From: an uncultured Spirochaetota bacterium
GTDB taxonomy: Bacteria > Spirochaetota > Brevinematia > Brevinematales > JAOACQ01
Assembly (NCBI GenBank): GCA_963768055.1
Contig: CAVYGN010000001.1
Location: 960,001-1,024,000, forward strand
Reading direction: 5' to 3'
Length of the DNA: 64,000 nt
Shown here: positions 1-9,900 of the stretch, piece by piece
Numbering within the stretch: position 1 is the first letter of the stretch
How the letters are laid out: each line of letters opens with the position of its first letter
The notes under the pieces: generated by a model
Seen by the model: the letters and a program-made list of their open reading frames with translations, nothing else
What the model was told of the DNA's origin: nothing
The model's database searches: none
Position numbers and translations under genes: made by a program

Positions 1-845
1 ATTTTTCCGTTGTAGCTTAAAAAATCTTTAGGGTCTTGTTTTATCGCTTGATCGATATCTTTTAATAAATTTTCATATTCATTCAAATTAATATATGCAT
101 TTGCCGCCAGAATAGCGGCATCTTTTTTATAATAAAAATCCTGATATAATTCAAAAGAATTTCTTGAATATATAATAACATTATTAAAATTTTTTATCTG
201 ATAATATGCATACGCCAAATTATAATTAGCATCAGCATTTTTTTTATTCATTTCTACTGTATTTGATAAATATTGTATAGCTTTTTGAAAATTGTTATTT
301 AATAAATATGTCATGCCTATGTAAAACGAAGATATATCATCAAATTTCTTTAAATCTTCGGCTTTTAGCAAATTTTCCCGGGATAAATTGATAAGCTCCT
401 CATCATTTTTAAGCCATTGTTTGTAATATTTTGAATGCACTTCATAATAATAGCACCCCAATGAATAATATAAATCAGCATTATCCGGATATTTTTTAAT
501 TAAATTTGATAATATATCTTCAACTTTTAAAGGGTACAAAACAGAAGAACCGCTTGACATCCTTATTTTATATAAATCATCATCCGGCCCTAAGTTGCTG
601 AAAGAAAACAATTCATGCATTATACTTTTTGAAAAATACTTAAGAGCAATATCAACTTTTTTCACCACAATTACCGGATTTTCATTATTCGGATCTTTTT
701 CTTTTAAAATTTCAAATGCGGATTGATATTGTCTGTTTGAAATCAATTGATCTGCATCAGAAATAATGCTTTTTACATTTTCTTCACAGAATAAAGATGA
801 AATGAGGATTAAATTAAACGAAACTATCATTAAAATTTTATTCAT
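1..845 (-). CDS. TPR-repeat protein, probable lipoprotein (partial, runs off the left edge)
   Basis: Not in the ORF track; read manually. ATG at 845 with GGAG upstream gives MNKILMIVSFNLILISSLFCEENVKSIISDADQLISNRQYQSAFEILKEKDP..., with TPR-like segments (ADLYYSLGCYYY; ADANYNLAYAYY). The frame is open to the window edge and the DNA is very AT-rich. Confidence 0.75.
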   Translation of the reverse strand, partial: MNKILMIVSFNLILISSLFCEENVKSIISDADQLISNRQYQSAFEILKEKDPNNENPVIVVKKVDIALKYFSKSIMHELFSFSNLGPDDDLYKIRMSSGSSVLYPLKVEDILSNLIKKYPDNADLYYSLGCYYYEVHSKYYKQWLKNDEELINLSRENLLKAEDLKKFDDISSFYIGMTYLLNNNFQKAIQYLSNTVEMNKKNADANYNLAYAYYQIKNFNNVIIYSRNSFELYQDFYYKKDAAILAANAYINLNEYENLLKDIDQAIKQDPKDFLSYNGK

Positions 846-1106
846 ATTTTTCTCCGATTAGTTGTATATTATTTGTTAATCTCCTCCAGCATTCCATCCA
901 TCGATTCCTTTTAAATTCTTATGACTCATTATACATCTAACAATTTTTTCGGGCAAGGCATTGTGATTTTATCATTATTGAAATAATAGATTTTAAGGTG
1001 TTTAAGGGGAGGACCGATCGCGAAGGAAATCTGCAGATGACCCAGATTGCACAGATGAGCGGGGGGCCAAACATAGTTTATCAAAAAACCGTTTGCAAGG
1101 GAACAA

Positions 1107-1544
1107 AAGATCCTTGAATCGATAGATATGGATAGTTATCGGATAGAGGTACAGCAATCGCGACATATACAGGTTGAAGATGATAACTCCGAAATTGATC
1201 CGATTCTAATCGGCGGCGGGGGTAGAAAAGCCGAACCTGAACTCGACAGGCTGAGCAATATATTAAAAACCTTCAATGATCAATTCGCCAATATCAATTG
1301 GAAAGATGTAGATAAAATAGGGAAAATAATTACCGAAGAACTGCCGGTTAAAGTCTCTGCAGATAAAGCTTACCAGAATGCTATGAAACAAGATGACAGG
1401 CAGAATGCCCGGATTGAACATGATAAGGCGCTTGAAAGGGTCATAGTAGAAATGCTTAATGACCATACCGAACTGTTCAAACAATTTAAGGACAACCCCG
1501 GTTTTAAGAAATGGCTCGGTGATACGATTTTTAATTCAACCTAA
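1107..1544 (+). pseudogene. hsdR: C-terminal remnant of a type I restriction enzyme R subunit
   Basis: KILESIDMDSYR...LSNILKTFNDQF...KAYQNAMK...NARIEHDKAL...TELFKQF..NPGFKKWL resembles the conserved tail of one HsdR subfamily. The nuclease and helicase parts are absent, and there is no adjacent hsdM or hsdS. Confidence 0.75.
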
Positions 1545-1599
1545 AAGAACAGGGTTGCATAATTCATTCGCGTCCCTTTGCGGACCTTAATCTGCGGTT

Positions 1600-3303
1600 T
1601 CAACTCTTTATTTCCCCCGGGACAGGACCGGCGGCCCCTTTATACATGATATAAGGAAAAAACTTCCTGTCCTCGGTCAATATATGACGGGCAATTAAAT
1701 CATAAGCCAGGAATTTTATCAATTCATCGAACGTCAGCTCATTGCGTTTGTATTTATCCGAGAGCATACGGGCCTTCTCGATCAGTTCGTTATGGCGTAG
1801 GATATGTTCATCTGTGAAAGGAAAACCGGCTTTCCTGATTATCGCTGTCTCATCCTGAAAATGTTTTACAATTGTTTTCAGCAGTCCTTCAATCAATAAA
1901 ATACACTCATCCCTGGGGCGGCCGCTATGAAATGCGCTCAGAAGCCTGTTAGACGACTCAAAAAGCTCTTTATGCTGTTCATCTATAACCGGATCTCCGC
2001 ACTCGTCGCTGATATTCCATACCAGCTGCATAAAATCTTTCTCTCCTTCTTTAAGAAAGCCGCCGGATGCCCGGTTGAATTCTGCAATTTCAATCCGGTT
2101 CCGGCCCCCCTGTTTGGCCCGGTAAAGGGCCTGATCAGCCAGCGACACAACCTTATTGGGTTCCGGCAGAAAGACCGCAAAAACTGTCGCTATCCCCAGG
2201 CTCGCTGTCAGAAAGCCGCCTGTACCGGAATCCGGGTTCCGGATGGAAAGGCCTTTTATGTTTTTCTGCACACGCGCCGCGATAGTTTTTGCTCCATCAC
2301 TATCCGTTTCGGGCAGTACTAAAACAAATTCTTCTCCGCCGTATCTTGCAGCCAGGTCGGCGGGCCGTGTAATAACGGATTTAATGGCTTTTGCAACCTT
2401 CCTGAGGCAATCGTCTCCGGCCAGGTGTCCGAATCGGTCATTGAACATCTTAAAATGATCGATGTCGAGCATGATTAAAGACAAAGGATCGCCCGACCGC
2501 CTCGCCCTGTAAAACTCCGAATAGAGCTTTTCATCGAAAAGCCTCCTGTTCCAGAGCCTTGTCAAACTGTCGGTCAGAGCGTCGATCTGGGCAAAATCCC
2601 TTTCGATCTCGCGCTGGCGGATAACTTTATCCGCCATCTTATTTAATTCATCCTGCATCTCCTGAGTTGTGCGCAGCACCAGCATGATCGTAATAATAGT
2701 ATTGAAGAAAATCATTCCAAGATAAAACTGGGTCTGCCCCAGGTCCGGCGTTAATATGCTTGTGAGATTGCGGCTGAAAATGCTCAAAGCCCTCCATATG
2801 CATGAAGCCATAAGCAAAAGAAGCATTATTCCCACAATCAGCATTGTTGATTTTCTATTTGTACTGTAATATTTAAGGCATACGTAAACAGTGTATCCGT
2901 CAAATAACAGCATCGCGATGCTGAATATGAGCACGCGCATCACATAATCCGGATTAAAAACGCCGTACCAGAATATTGCTGACAATGCGGCTGCAGATAC
3001 AGCAATACCCGGCGCCCAGGGAATGCGCCGGCCGGCAGAGCTTATAATTCCGGAATTAAAAATCATCCATCCTGGTATAATAAAAATATTTGCGAGAATT
3101 ACCGAGATCCATACCGGGGCAAGGCCTCTTAAAGTAACCATGAGAACACCAATGGCGACCAGGATTAATCCCATGGCCCAGAATCCGGCAGGCTTGTAAT
3201 GACTGTGATTTTTCCATACGATCAGCATGGCTATGGTCTGTGAAACCTGCAGAAGTGTGTAAGTAAAAAGGAGCGTCCGGAAGTCTAATTGGATGACAGG
3301 CAC
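1600..3303 (-). CDS. Membrane-bound diguanylate cyclase with C-terminal hemerythrin domain
   Basis: About 7 N-terminal TM helices, GGEEF with RxxD I-site (RPAD), then the hemerythrin ligand pattern DEQH / HFQDE / HILRH / HILTED. Confidence 0.9.
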   Translation of the reverse strand: MPVIQLDFRTLLFTYTLLQVSQTIAMLIVWKNHSHYKPAGFWAMGLILVAIGVLMVTLRGLAPVWISVILANIFIIPGWMIFNSGIISSAGRRIPWAPGIAVSAAALSAIFWYGVFNPDYVMRVLIFSIAMLLFDGYTVYVCLKYYSTNRKSTMLIVGIMLLLLMASCIWRALSIFSRNLTSILTPDLGQTQFYLGMIFFNTIITIMLVLRTTQEMQDELNKMADKVIRQREIERDFAQIDALTDSLTRLWNRRLFDEKLYSEFYRARRSGDPLSLIMLDIDHFKMFNDRFGHLAGDDCLRKVAKAIKSVITRPADLAARYGGEEFVLVLPETDSDGAKTIAARVQKNIKGLSIRNPDSGTGGFLTASLGIATVFAVFLPEPNKVVSLADQALYRAKQGGRNRIEIAEFNRASGGFLKEGEKDFMQLVWNISDECGDPVIDEQHKELFESSNRLLSAFHSGRPRDECILLIEGLLKTIVKHFQDETAIIRKAGFPFTDEHILRHNELIEKARMLSDKYKRNELTFDELIKFLAYDLIARHILTEDRKFFPYIMYKGAAGPVPGEIKS

Positions 3304-3453
3304 CTTAGGCCCTCCATTATTGATTATTGAATAATATTATAATAAATCCCGGATAATGACAAGAGCCGCGTTTGTGCGTTGAAAACTGATATGAAATATC
3401 ATACGATGTTAATTGAAATCGGAGATTCCAGTCAGGTTGATATATTTATCTTA

Positions 3454-3482
3454 TTGACAATATTTTTTCATTTTATTATAAT
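3454..3482 (+). promoter_or_regulatory. Consensus sigma70 promoter
   Basis: TTGACA-17 bp-TATAAT exactly, about 50 bp upstream of the ATG at 3534 (RBS AAGGAG). Confidence 0.85.
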
Positions 3483-3533
3483 GCCCATCATGCCAAAAAC
3501 TTTAAAAATAATTTTATAAAAAGGAGAAGATTT

Positions 3534-4478
3534 ATGATTAGGAGAATTTCAGTTTCAGTTTTTTTTCTTTTGTTTTTTGGCGCAATGGTATTCACGGATG
3601 ATGTAAATCTGCCTAAAAACGGCTCGGCTGTTTATGTAAAATACCAATCGGTTTATTTTTATGTAAATGACAGCGATTTACTGAAAAAAAACGGAGATGT
3701 CAAAAACAAGAAAGTGTTTTATTTCGGAAACAAGGTTACGGTGATCGGGAATACCAAGAGAAAGGATAGTTTTTTCCTGTATGTCCAGCTGCCGGATAAA
3801 ACCAAATATTGGGCCCCTTTGGATTATTTGACGACCAGGTTTATTGTAATAACCGGAAACGATGTTGCCACTTACAGCCAGCCTGATGAAAGTTATGCGA
3901 CAAAGGTCAAGCTTCAGCCCGGGGTACTCGGTTATTTTGCAAAAGAGGATGGCGGTTTTGTTAATGTCGATTTCAACTGCTATATGCCTGTTAATAACAA
4001 GGGAGTATGGCTTGGAAATTTATGGATCAAAAACGAAGGATTTACAGACGATTTAAAAACAGCTGAACAGGCCAGTTATTTAATAATGGCGTATTATTTA
4101 TTATACGGCAAGGGAACCGATTCAAAGGGTGCGATGAGCGAATTGAAAGCTGGCCTTTCCGCCACCGAAGAAACGGCGATTACTCCTGTATTGAAAGATT
4201 TGATATCGAAACTGGGCGGGGCGGCCCCTGCTTCCGTCGAGACGATAGTCGGGAACTATTATACCACGACCATTGATGATTATAAATTGAGAGAAACTCC
4301 TGATGCAAACGGGAATGTTATCCGTGCAATTGTAAAAGGAGAAAAATTGAAACTTTTGGAAAAAGGCGATGAAGCTACCGTCGATGGAATAAAAGGCACC
4401 TGGGTAAAACTGGAAACGGAAAAGGGCGAGACAGGATGGTGCCTTGATTCTTACCTTGCCGAAGCAAAAGATCAATAG
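3534..4478 (+). CDS. Secreted SH3 (SH3b) domain protein
   Basis: Signal peptide, and a C-terminal LRETPDANGNVI...WVKLETEKGETGWCLDSYL segment typical of bacterial SH3b. Confidence 0.75.
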   Translation: MIRRISVSVFFLLFFGAMVFTDDVNLPKNGSAVYVKYQSVYFYVNDSDLLKKNGDVKNKKVFYFGNKVTVIGNTKRKDSFFLYVQLPDKTKYWAPLDYLTTRFIVITGNDVATYSQPDESYATKVKLQPGVLGYFAKEDGGFVNVDFNCYMPVNNKGVWLGNLWIKNEGFTDDLKTAEQASYLIMAYYLLYGKGTDSKGAMSELKAGLSATEETAITPVLKDLISKLGGAAPASVETIVGNYYTTTIDDYKLRETPDANGNVIRAIVKGEKLKLLEKGDEATVDGIKGTWVKLETEKGETGWCLDSYLAEAKDQ

Positions 4479-4498
4479 TTGTTAAAAATGTTTAATAA

Positions 4499-4550
4499 AG
4501 GGGCCTCATGCTTATATCTTGATTATAAGGATTCCGGCCCCTGCTTTTTT
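4499..4550 (+). terminator. Possible intrinsic terminator
   Basis: AGGGGCC...GGCCCCT stem with internal CTTATA/TATAAG pairing, followed by a T-run, just after the stop at 4478. Confidence 0.4.
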
Positions 4551-4573
4551 ATAAGTTTTAAAATTCCTCCTTT

Positions 4574-6913
4574 TTGAGGATTTTTTATCATGATATCTGC
4601 CTTATGATTATCGATAAAATAAGGATATTCCTTTCCGGACGCGTTATTCCACTGCTTAATATTAAAAACCTCCCATATTTTTTTGCAGGCCTGGCGGCGC
4701 TTGCAGCGGTTTATTTAATTATGCCGTATCCCGATTCCTACCTTACGGGTTTTAACCGCTCCATAAGAATACTGGATAGGAATGAAGAATTGCTCCTCGA
4801 ATTAACCCCGTACCAATCGGGATTTATGACTTATACCGGACTTGATAAGATATCGCCCGGTTTCCTGGACCTGCTTCTTTATTCCGAAGACAGGAAGTAT
4901 TATCAGCATATTGGAATAAGGCCGCTTTCAATGGCCCGTGCAATGGCAGGCAACATAAAAAACTGGAGGTTTGTTTCAGGCGGTTCGACTATCACCCAGC
5001 AATTGGTTAAGATCCGCTGTGGCATTAAACGCAATAACTGGCTGACCAAATTTCTTGAAATATTCAGGGCTTTAAGGCTAAATATCCATTTTTCGAAACG
5101 GGATATCCTCGAATCCTATATTAACCAGGTTTTTATGGGAAATCATACATACGGGGTCGGTGAGGCGGCGAGAGTGTATTTTAACAAGGAAGCGTACAAT
5201 TTATCCCTGCTTGAATCGGCCGCTTTAATTTGCGTTATAAGAGAACCCAATCACCTTGATTTAAGGAAAAATATGTTCGAAGCCCAGGCAAAAGCCCTGG
5301 AATTGCTCGAAAATGCGAAGAAGGACAATATAATTTCCTTAGAAGATTTGAATGCCGCGAAAAGTTCCAGGCTGAATGTTCATTACGAGCATCAAAATCA
5401 ATATGCCCCGCATTTTGCATTGTGGGCGCTGGAAGAAGCCCGGAAACTGGTCCCGGAACAAGAAAATATCAAGGAAGTTATCACAACACTGGATTTAAAA
5501 TTATACCTGGACCTTGTCGAAATCTGTAAGAACCGCATCCGGCTTATGAAGAAAAACAACGCTCATGACCTTGGATTGGTATGCATTGACAATCAGTCTA
5601 TGGAAGTATTAGCCATGGTGGGTTCCCTGGATTATTACAGCGAAGGCGGTATGATTAACGCGGCGCTGATCAAAAGACAGGCCGCATCTACCATGAAGGC
5701 CTTTACATATGCACTGGCACTGGATTCCGGGCAGTTTACCGCTTCCACCGTTTTGCCCGATATATATACGGAATTCCCCTCAGTGATAGGGAAATACATA
5801 CCAAGAAATTATAATTCGCTGTTCCATGGGCCTGTCCGCCTTTCGGTTGCGTTCGGAAGTTCATATAATGTCCCTGCTGTTTATACCTTGAATAAAATCG
5901 GCCTGCATGCATATTATAATTTTCTTAAGAAGGTCGGGTTCGATTCCATTGAAAAACCGGCCGATTATTACGGACTCGGCCTGACACTCGGGAATGCCGA
6001 TGTCACGCTCCTTGAACTGGTAAGGGCCTACAGCATATTTCCGAATTCCGGAAAATACGGCAATATTACAGGATTGAGATTTGTCAGGACGGCAAAGGGT
6101 AAAGTTTATAAACCGGTTAAAAAAATTATAGTCAATGTAATACAGCCTGAAACAGCTTTTTTAATAAGCCACATCCTTTCTGATTATAAATATAAAGCCC
6201 CGGGGTTCGGCGCTAATTCTCCAATACATTTTCCGTTTCCCCTGGCGGTTAAAACCGGAACTTCAAAGGATTTCAGAGATAATTTTATCGTCGCTTTCGA
6301 TAAAAACATCACTCTTGGAATATGGAATGGGAATCTTACGGGAGAGCCGATGAGAAATCTCCCGACCGCTGTCGGAGGAGGCATAATTTTGCGGGATATA
6401 GCCATATACCTGTCGAACCATGGGCATTCTTTCAGCCAGGCAGTTCCTGACGGATTGAATATAGTTCAGGAGAGGATTTGCAAACTTTCAGGAATGCTTG
6501 CCGGGCCGGAATGCGACTCAGATTATGAATATTTCATCAAAGGCACGGAGCCGAAGGATAACTGCGACTGGCATCACAGCCGGACAGTCGAGTTCCCCGA
6601 TGAATATATGAAATGGGCTTCGGAAAATTATATCGACAAAGTCCGGATTAAGCCTGCCGATGACCTCCGGATAATATACCCGGTCGACGGCGATATATTT
6701 CAAATAAGCGCTGAAATACCCGATCGGTCTCAGCAGATAACATTTAAGGCAAATTCGAAATATCCTGATGTGGTATGGTTTATTAACGGCAGGAAGATCG
6801 CCGGGGGTAAAAATGCGTTGTGGCAGCTTCAGCCGGGCGAGTTCCAGGTTGAAGCCTGCGCAGATTCGGGGAATGTTTCAAACAGTATAAAAATAATCGT
6901 AGTGAAAGAATAA
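4574..6913 (+). CDS. pbpC: Penicillin-binding protein 1C
   Basis: Transglycosylase motifs EDRKYYQH and GGSTITQQL; transpeptidase SxxK (STMK), SYN and KTG; PBP1C C-terminal domain; adjacent to alpha-2-macroglobulin. The true start may lie slightly downstream. Confidence 0.92.
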   Translation: MRIFYHDICLMIIDKIRIFLSGRVIPLLNIKNLPYFFAGLAALAAVYLIMPYPDSYLTGFNRSIRILDRNEELLLELTPYQSGFMTYTGLDKISPGFLDLLLYSEDRKYYQHIGIRPLSMARAMAGNIKNWRFVSGGSTITQQLVKIRCGIKRNNWLTKFLEIFRALRLNIHFSKRDILESYINQVFMGNHTYGVGEAARVYFNKEAYNLSLLESAALICVIREPNHLDLRKNMFEAQAKALELLENAKKDNIISLEDLNAAKSSRLNVHYEHQNQYAPHFALWALEEARKLVPEQENIKEVITTLDLKLYLDLVEICKNRIRLMKKNNAHDLGLVCIDNQSMEVLAMVGSLDYYSEGGMINAALIKRQAASTMKAFTYALALDSGQFTASTVLPDIYTEFPSVIGKYIPRNYNSLFHGPVRLSVAFGSSYNVPAVYTLNKIGLHAYYNFLKKVGFDSIEKPADYYGLGLTLGNADVTLLELVRAYSIFPNSGKYGNITGLRFVRTAKGKVYKPVKKIIVNVIQPETAFLISHILSDYKYKAPGFGANSPIHFPFPLAVKTGTSKDFRDNFIVAFDKNITLGIWNGNLTGEPMRNLPTAVGGGIILRDIAIYLSNHGHSFSQAVPDGLNIVQERICKLSGMLAGPECDSDYEYFIKGTEPKDNCDWHHSRTVEFPDEYMKWASENYIDKVRIKPADDLRIIYPVDGDIFQISAEIPDRSQQITFKANSKYPDVVWFINGRKIAGGKNALWQLQPGEFQVEACADSGNVSNSIKIIVVKE

Positions 6914-6927
6914 ACGGGGAGGTTCAA

Positions 6928-9900
6928 ATGTTTATTTTTAAACGGGCCCTTATTTTTTCTCTGGCAGCTTTGGTGTTCTCTTCCATATATCCTCTCGAAA
7001 AGGTAAAAGTAATTTATTTGCAGAAACTGGACAGCGGAAGCGACTTTTCCGAGGGAGGATTTTACAGGAGAGGCAATCTATATGGGGAAGGCGGGCAGCT
7101 TACCATTTCTTTTGATAAGCCCGTATTTAAATTATCGGACATTGACGCTATGAAAAGTGAAATACAGAAAAAAATCAAGCTCAAAATTACCCCTGAAATT
7201 AAAGGCGAATTCAGGCCTATAGGAACCCAGCAGGCGGCTTTTGTATTCAGGCAAAAACTGAAACCCTCTACCCGGTATGTGGTTGAAATTAACGTGGAGG
7301 AAATAAAATCGATCGACGGCGGGAATGTGACCGTTTTAATTAATCATATAAAGCTTGAGAACGGTCAGTTTGAATTCATGACTGAAAAATTGAGGGTTCT
7401 TAATTTACGGACTGGGGAAAATCTTGACGATCCGATATTTGTATTTTTTAGCTGGCCCGTCGATCCCAATAATTTGAAAAAAGAATTAAAAATAACGGAA
7501 GGATCAGTTTTAAATATCGAATATTCCATATTCTCCGTCATAAACACAAACTATATAGAAAGCAACGGGTTAACCTACGGTTACATCTATAAAAACCCGA
7601 GGGCTTTTGAAATATTGACTGCAAAGAGGAAACCCGGAAGTCAGTATTCCATAAGTATAAGCCAGGACCTGCATCCAATAGACGGGGAACTTGGTATGGA
7701 TAGGGAGTATGAATATTCTTTTAATACTTATAGTCCCCTGAAATACATTGACATTTCAACTGGCGAGTATGATTTTATCAACCAGTCGAAAACTTTCCAC
7801 CAGGATTCTGAAATCTATTTCCGTTTCAACAACGAACTGGACCAGCGGGTAAATTTAAAAAATTCAATAACCGTCGACCCGCCTGTCAAACATTTGAATT
7901 ACCAATATAGCGGCAAATCTATAATTGTTACTGCAGATTTTACAGGGGGGCAGAACTATCATATAAAAATCATCCCTCAGGTCAAGGATAAGTACGGCCA
8001 GCTAATCAACGGACCTGTCGAAGCGGATATTCCAATTGAGCATTCTTATTCTATTCTTGGAATACCTACCGGGTACATGGTGATGGAAAATTATATCCCT
8101 ATGATCCTGCCTTTGAAAATCCGGAATATCGATAAAGTGGATTTTTATTATACAATATGCCGGACCAAGGAAGATATTGTTAATTATATCAGCCGGCCTC
8201 CAAGTGAAGATGAATTCATGAAAAGCGCCAAATTGAAACAAATTAAGGTTAAGGAGACATGGGATGTATTTTTCAATTACCGCCTGGACCTTGCCCGTTT
8301 AATACCGGTTAAACCGCCTTTTATGGTGTATATGGCAGAGGCGGATAAAAAAGTCAGCGAGAATAACCAGGACAGGATAAAACGTGCGGGCATAATCCTT
8401 TTTACCGATATGGGTTTGACAGTAAAGAGCGGCCCGTACCAGACTTTAGTATATTTGCGAAGCTTGAAAAGCAACCAGCCTGTATCCGGTGCGAATGTCT
8501 ATGAAATCCTGTTCGACAAGCAGAACAACCCCGATATCAAGTTAAAAGGTAGAACCGATTCAAAGGGGGTCTGCACCTTCCAGGGCGAATTCCCCATGCC
8601 CTTTATTATGGTTGAAAAAGACAATAAGTACTGCATAAATTATGGCAATAATAAGTATTCCAACGATTATGAATATTATGACAACAGTGATTACGGCATG
8701 GATTATAATTCGCTGTTTTATAATAAAATATCCCAAAAAAGCATCATCAACAGCGGCGATTACCGTTCATACAATATGCAAAACGCTATGATATTCACCG
8801 ACCGTTTCCTTTACAAACCGGGTGAAACGATAAATGTTAAGGGAATCATACGTTACCGGTGGGAAGACAGGTGGAATACAACCGAACAGGAAGGCTCTTC
8901 ACAACCGATCGAATTTAAAGTTTACAACAGCCGTGATGAAGAAATCACGAATACGGCCGTACAGCCGGATGCATGGGGATCTTTCCATTTCAAGATTAAT
9001 TTGAAAGATTCCGATCCGACAGGTTATTACAGGATCAGTTCCACCAATTATATCGAGTGCAGTTTCAGTGTCCAGGATTTCAAACCGGCAAAAGCCGAGA
9101 TGAGGATCATTCCAAAGAAAACCGAATATGCCTGGGGGGATAATTTTGAAGCGGACCTTATTCCCTGGTACCTTTTCGGCGCGCCTGTTATCAAACCCGT
9201 TGTGTATGATGTAAGCGTCCAGCCGATAGAATTTATAAGTTCAAAATATCCGGATTATCAGTTTTCAAGGCCTGCTGAAGACCAGGGCCAGGAACGCCGC
9301 GATTACAGTTTTACCCTGATGTCAGGCACGGATTTGCCCGACAGCTCCGGGAAGTTGTCGATAACCAAACTTATTAAAAACGATATATTTTTCGGTGATG
9401 CAGGCATTATCATATCGGCTAATACGGAACTTGACGATAAATCCAGGATTTACGGGAACAGGGCCGACATTACAGTCTTTAATCCGGTCCATGTCGGCAT
9501 CAGGGTTAATCCTTATTTTGTCAATGCCAATAAAGAATTTAAAATAGATCTTATTGCAGTCGACAACAATGATAATCCTGTAAAAAACCAGGATGTCAAA
9601 ATGGAAATTGACAAGGTAGATTGGAAATCCTACCAGAAGGTGGGCGTCAACGGCAGGCTGGAATGGTATTCCGAGAATACTAAAACCAGGGTAAAAAGCG
9701 CCGACCTGCAGATTGGGAAAGAAGAGTATCCGCTGACCATCAATGAACCGGGATTTTATGAAGTAAAAGTAACATCAAAAATCCGCAGTCATGATATGGT
9801 AAGCCATGGTTCTTTTTACGTGTTGGGACCGGGCTGGGTAGGCTGGTCTATGGATAACAGTTATACTATAAGCCTTGACAGCGATAAAAAGGCGTACAGG

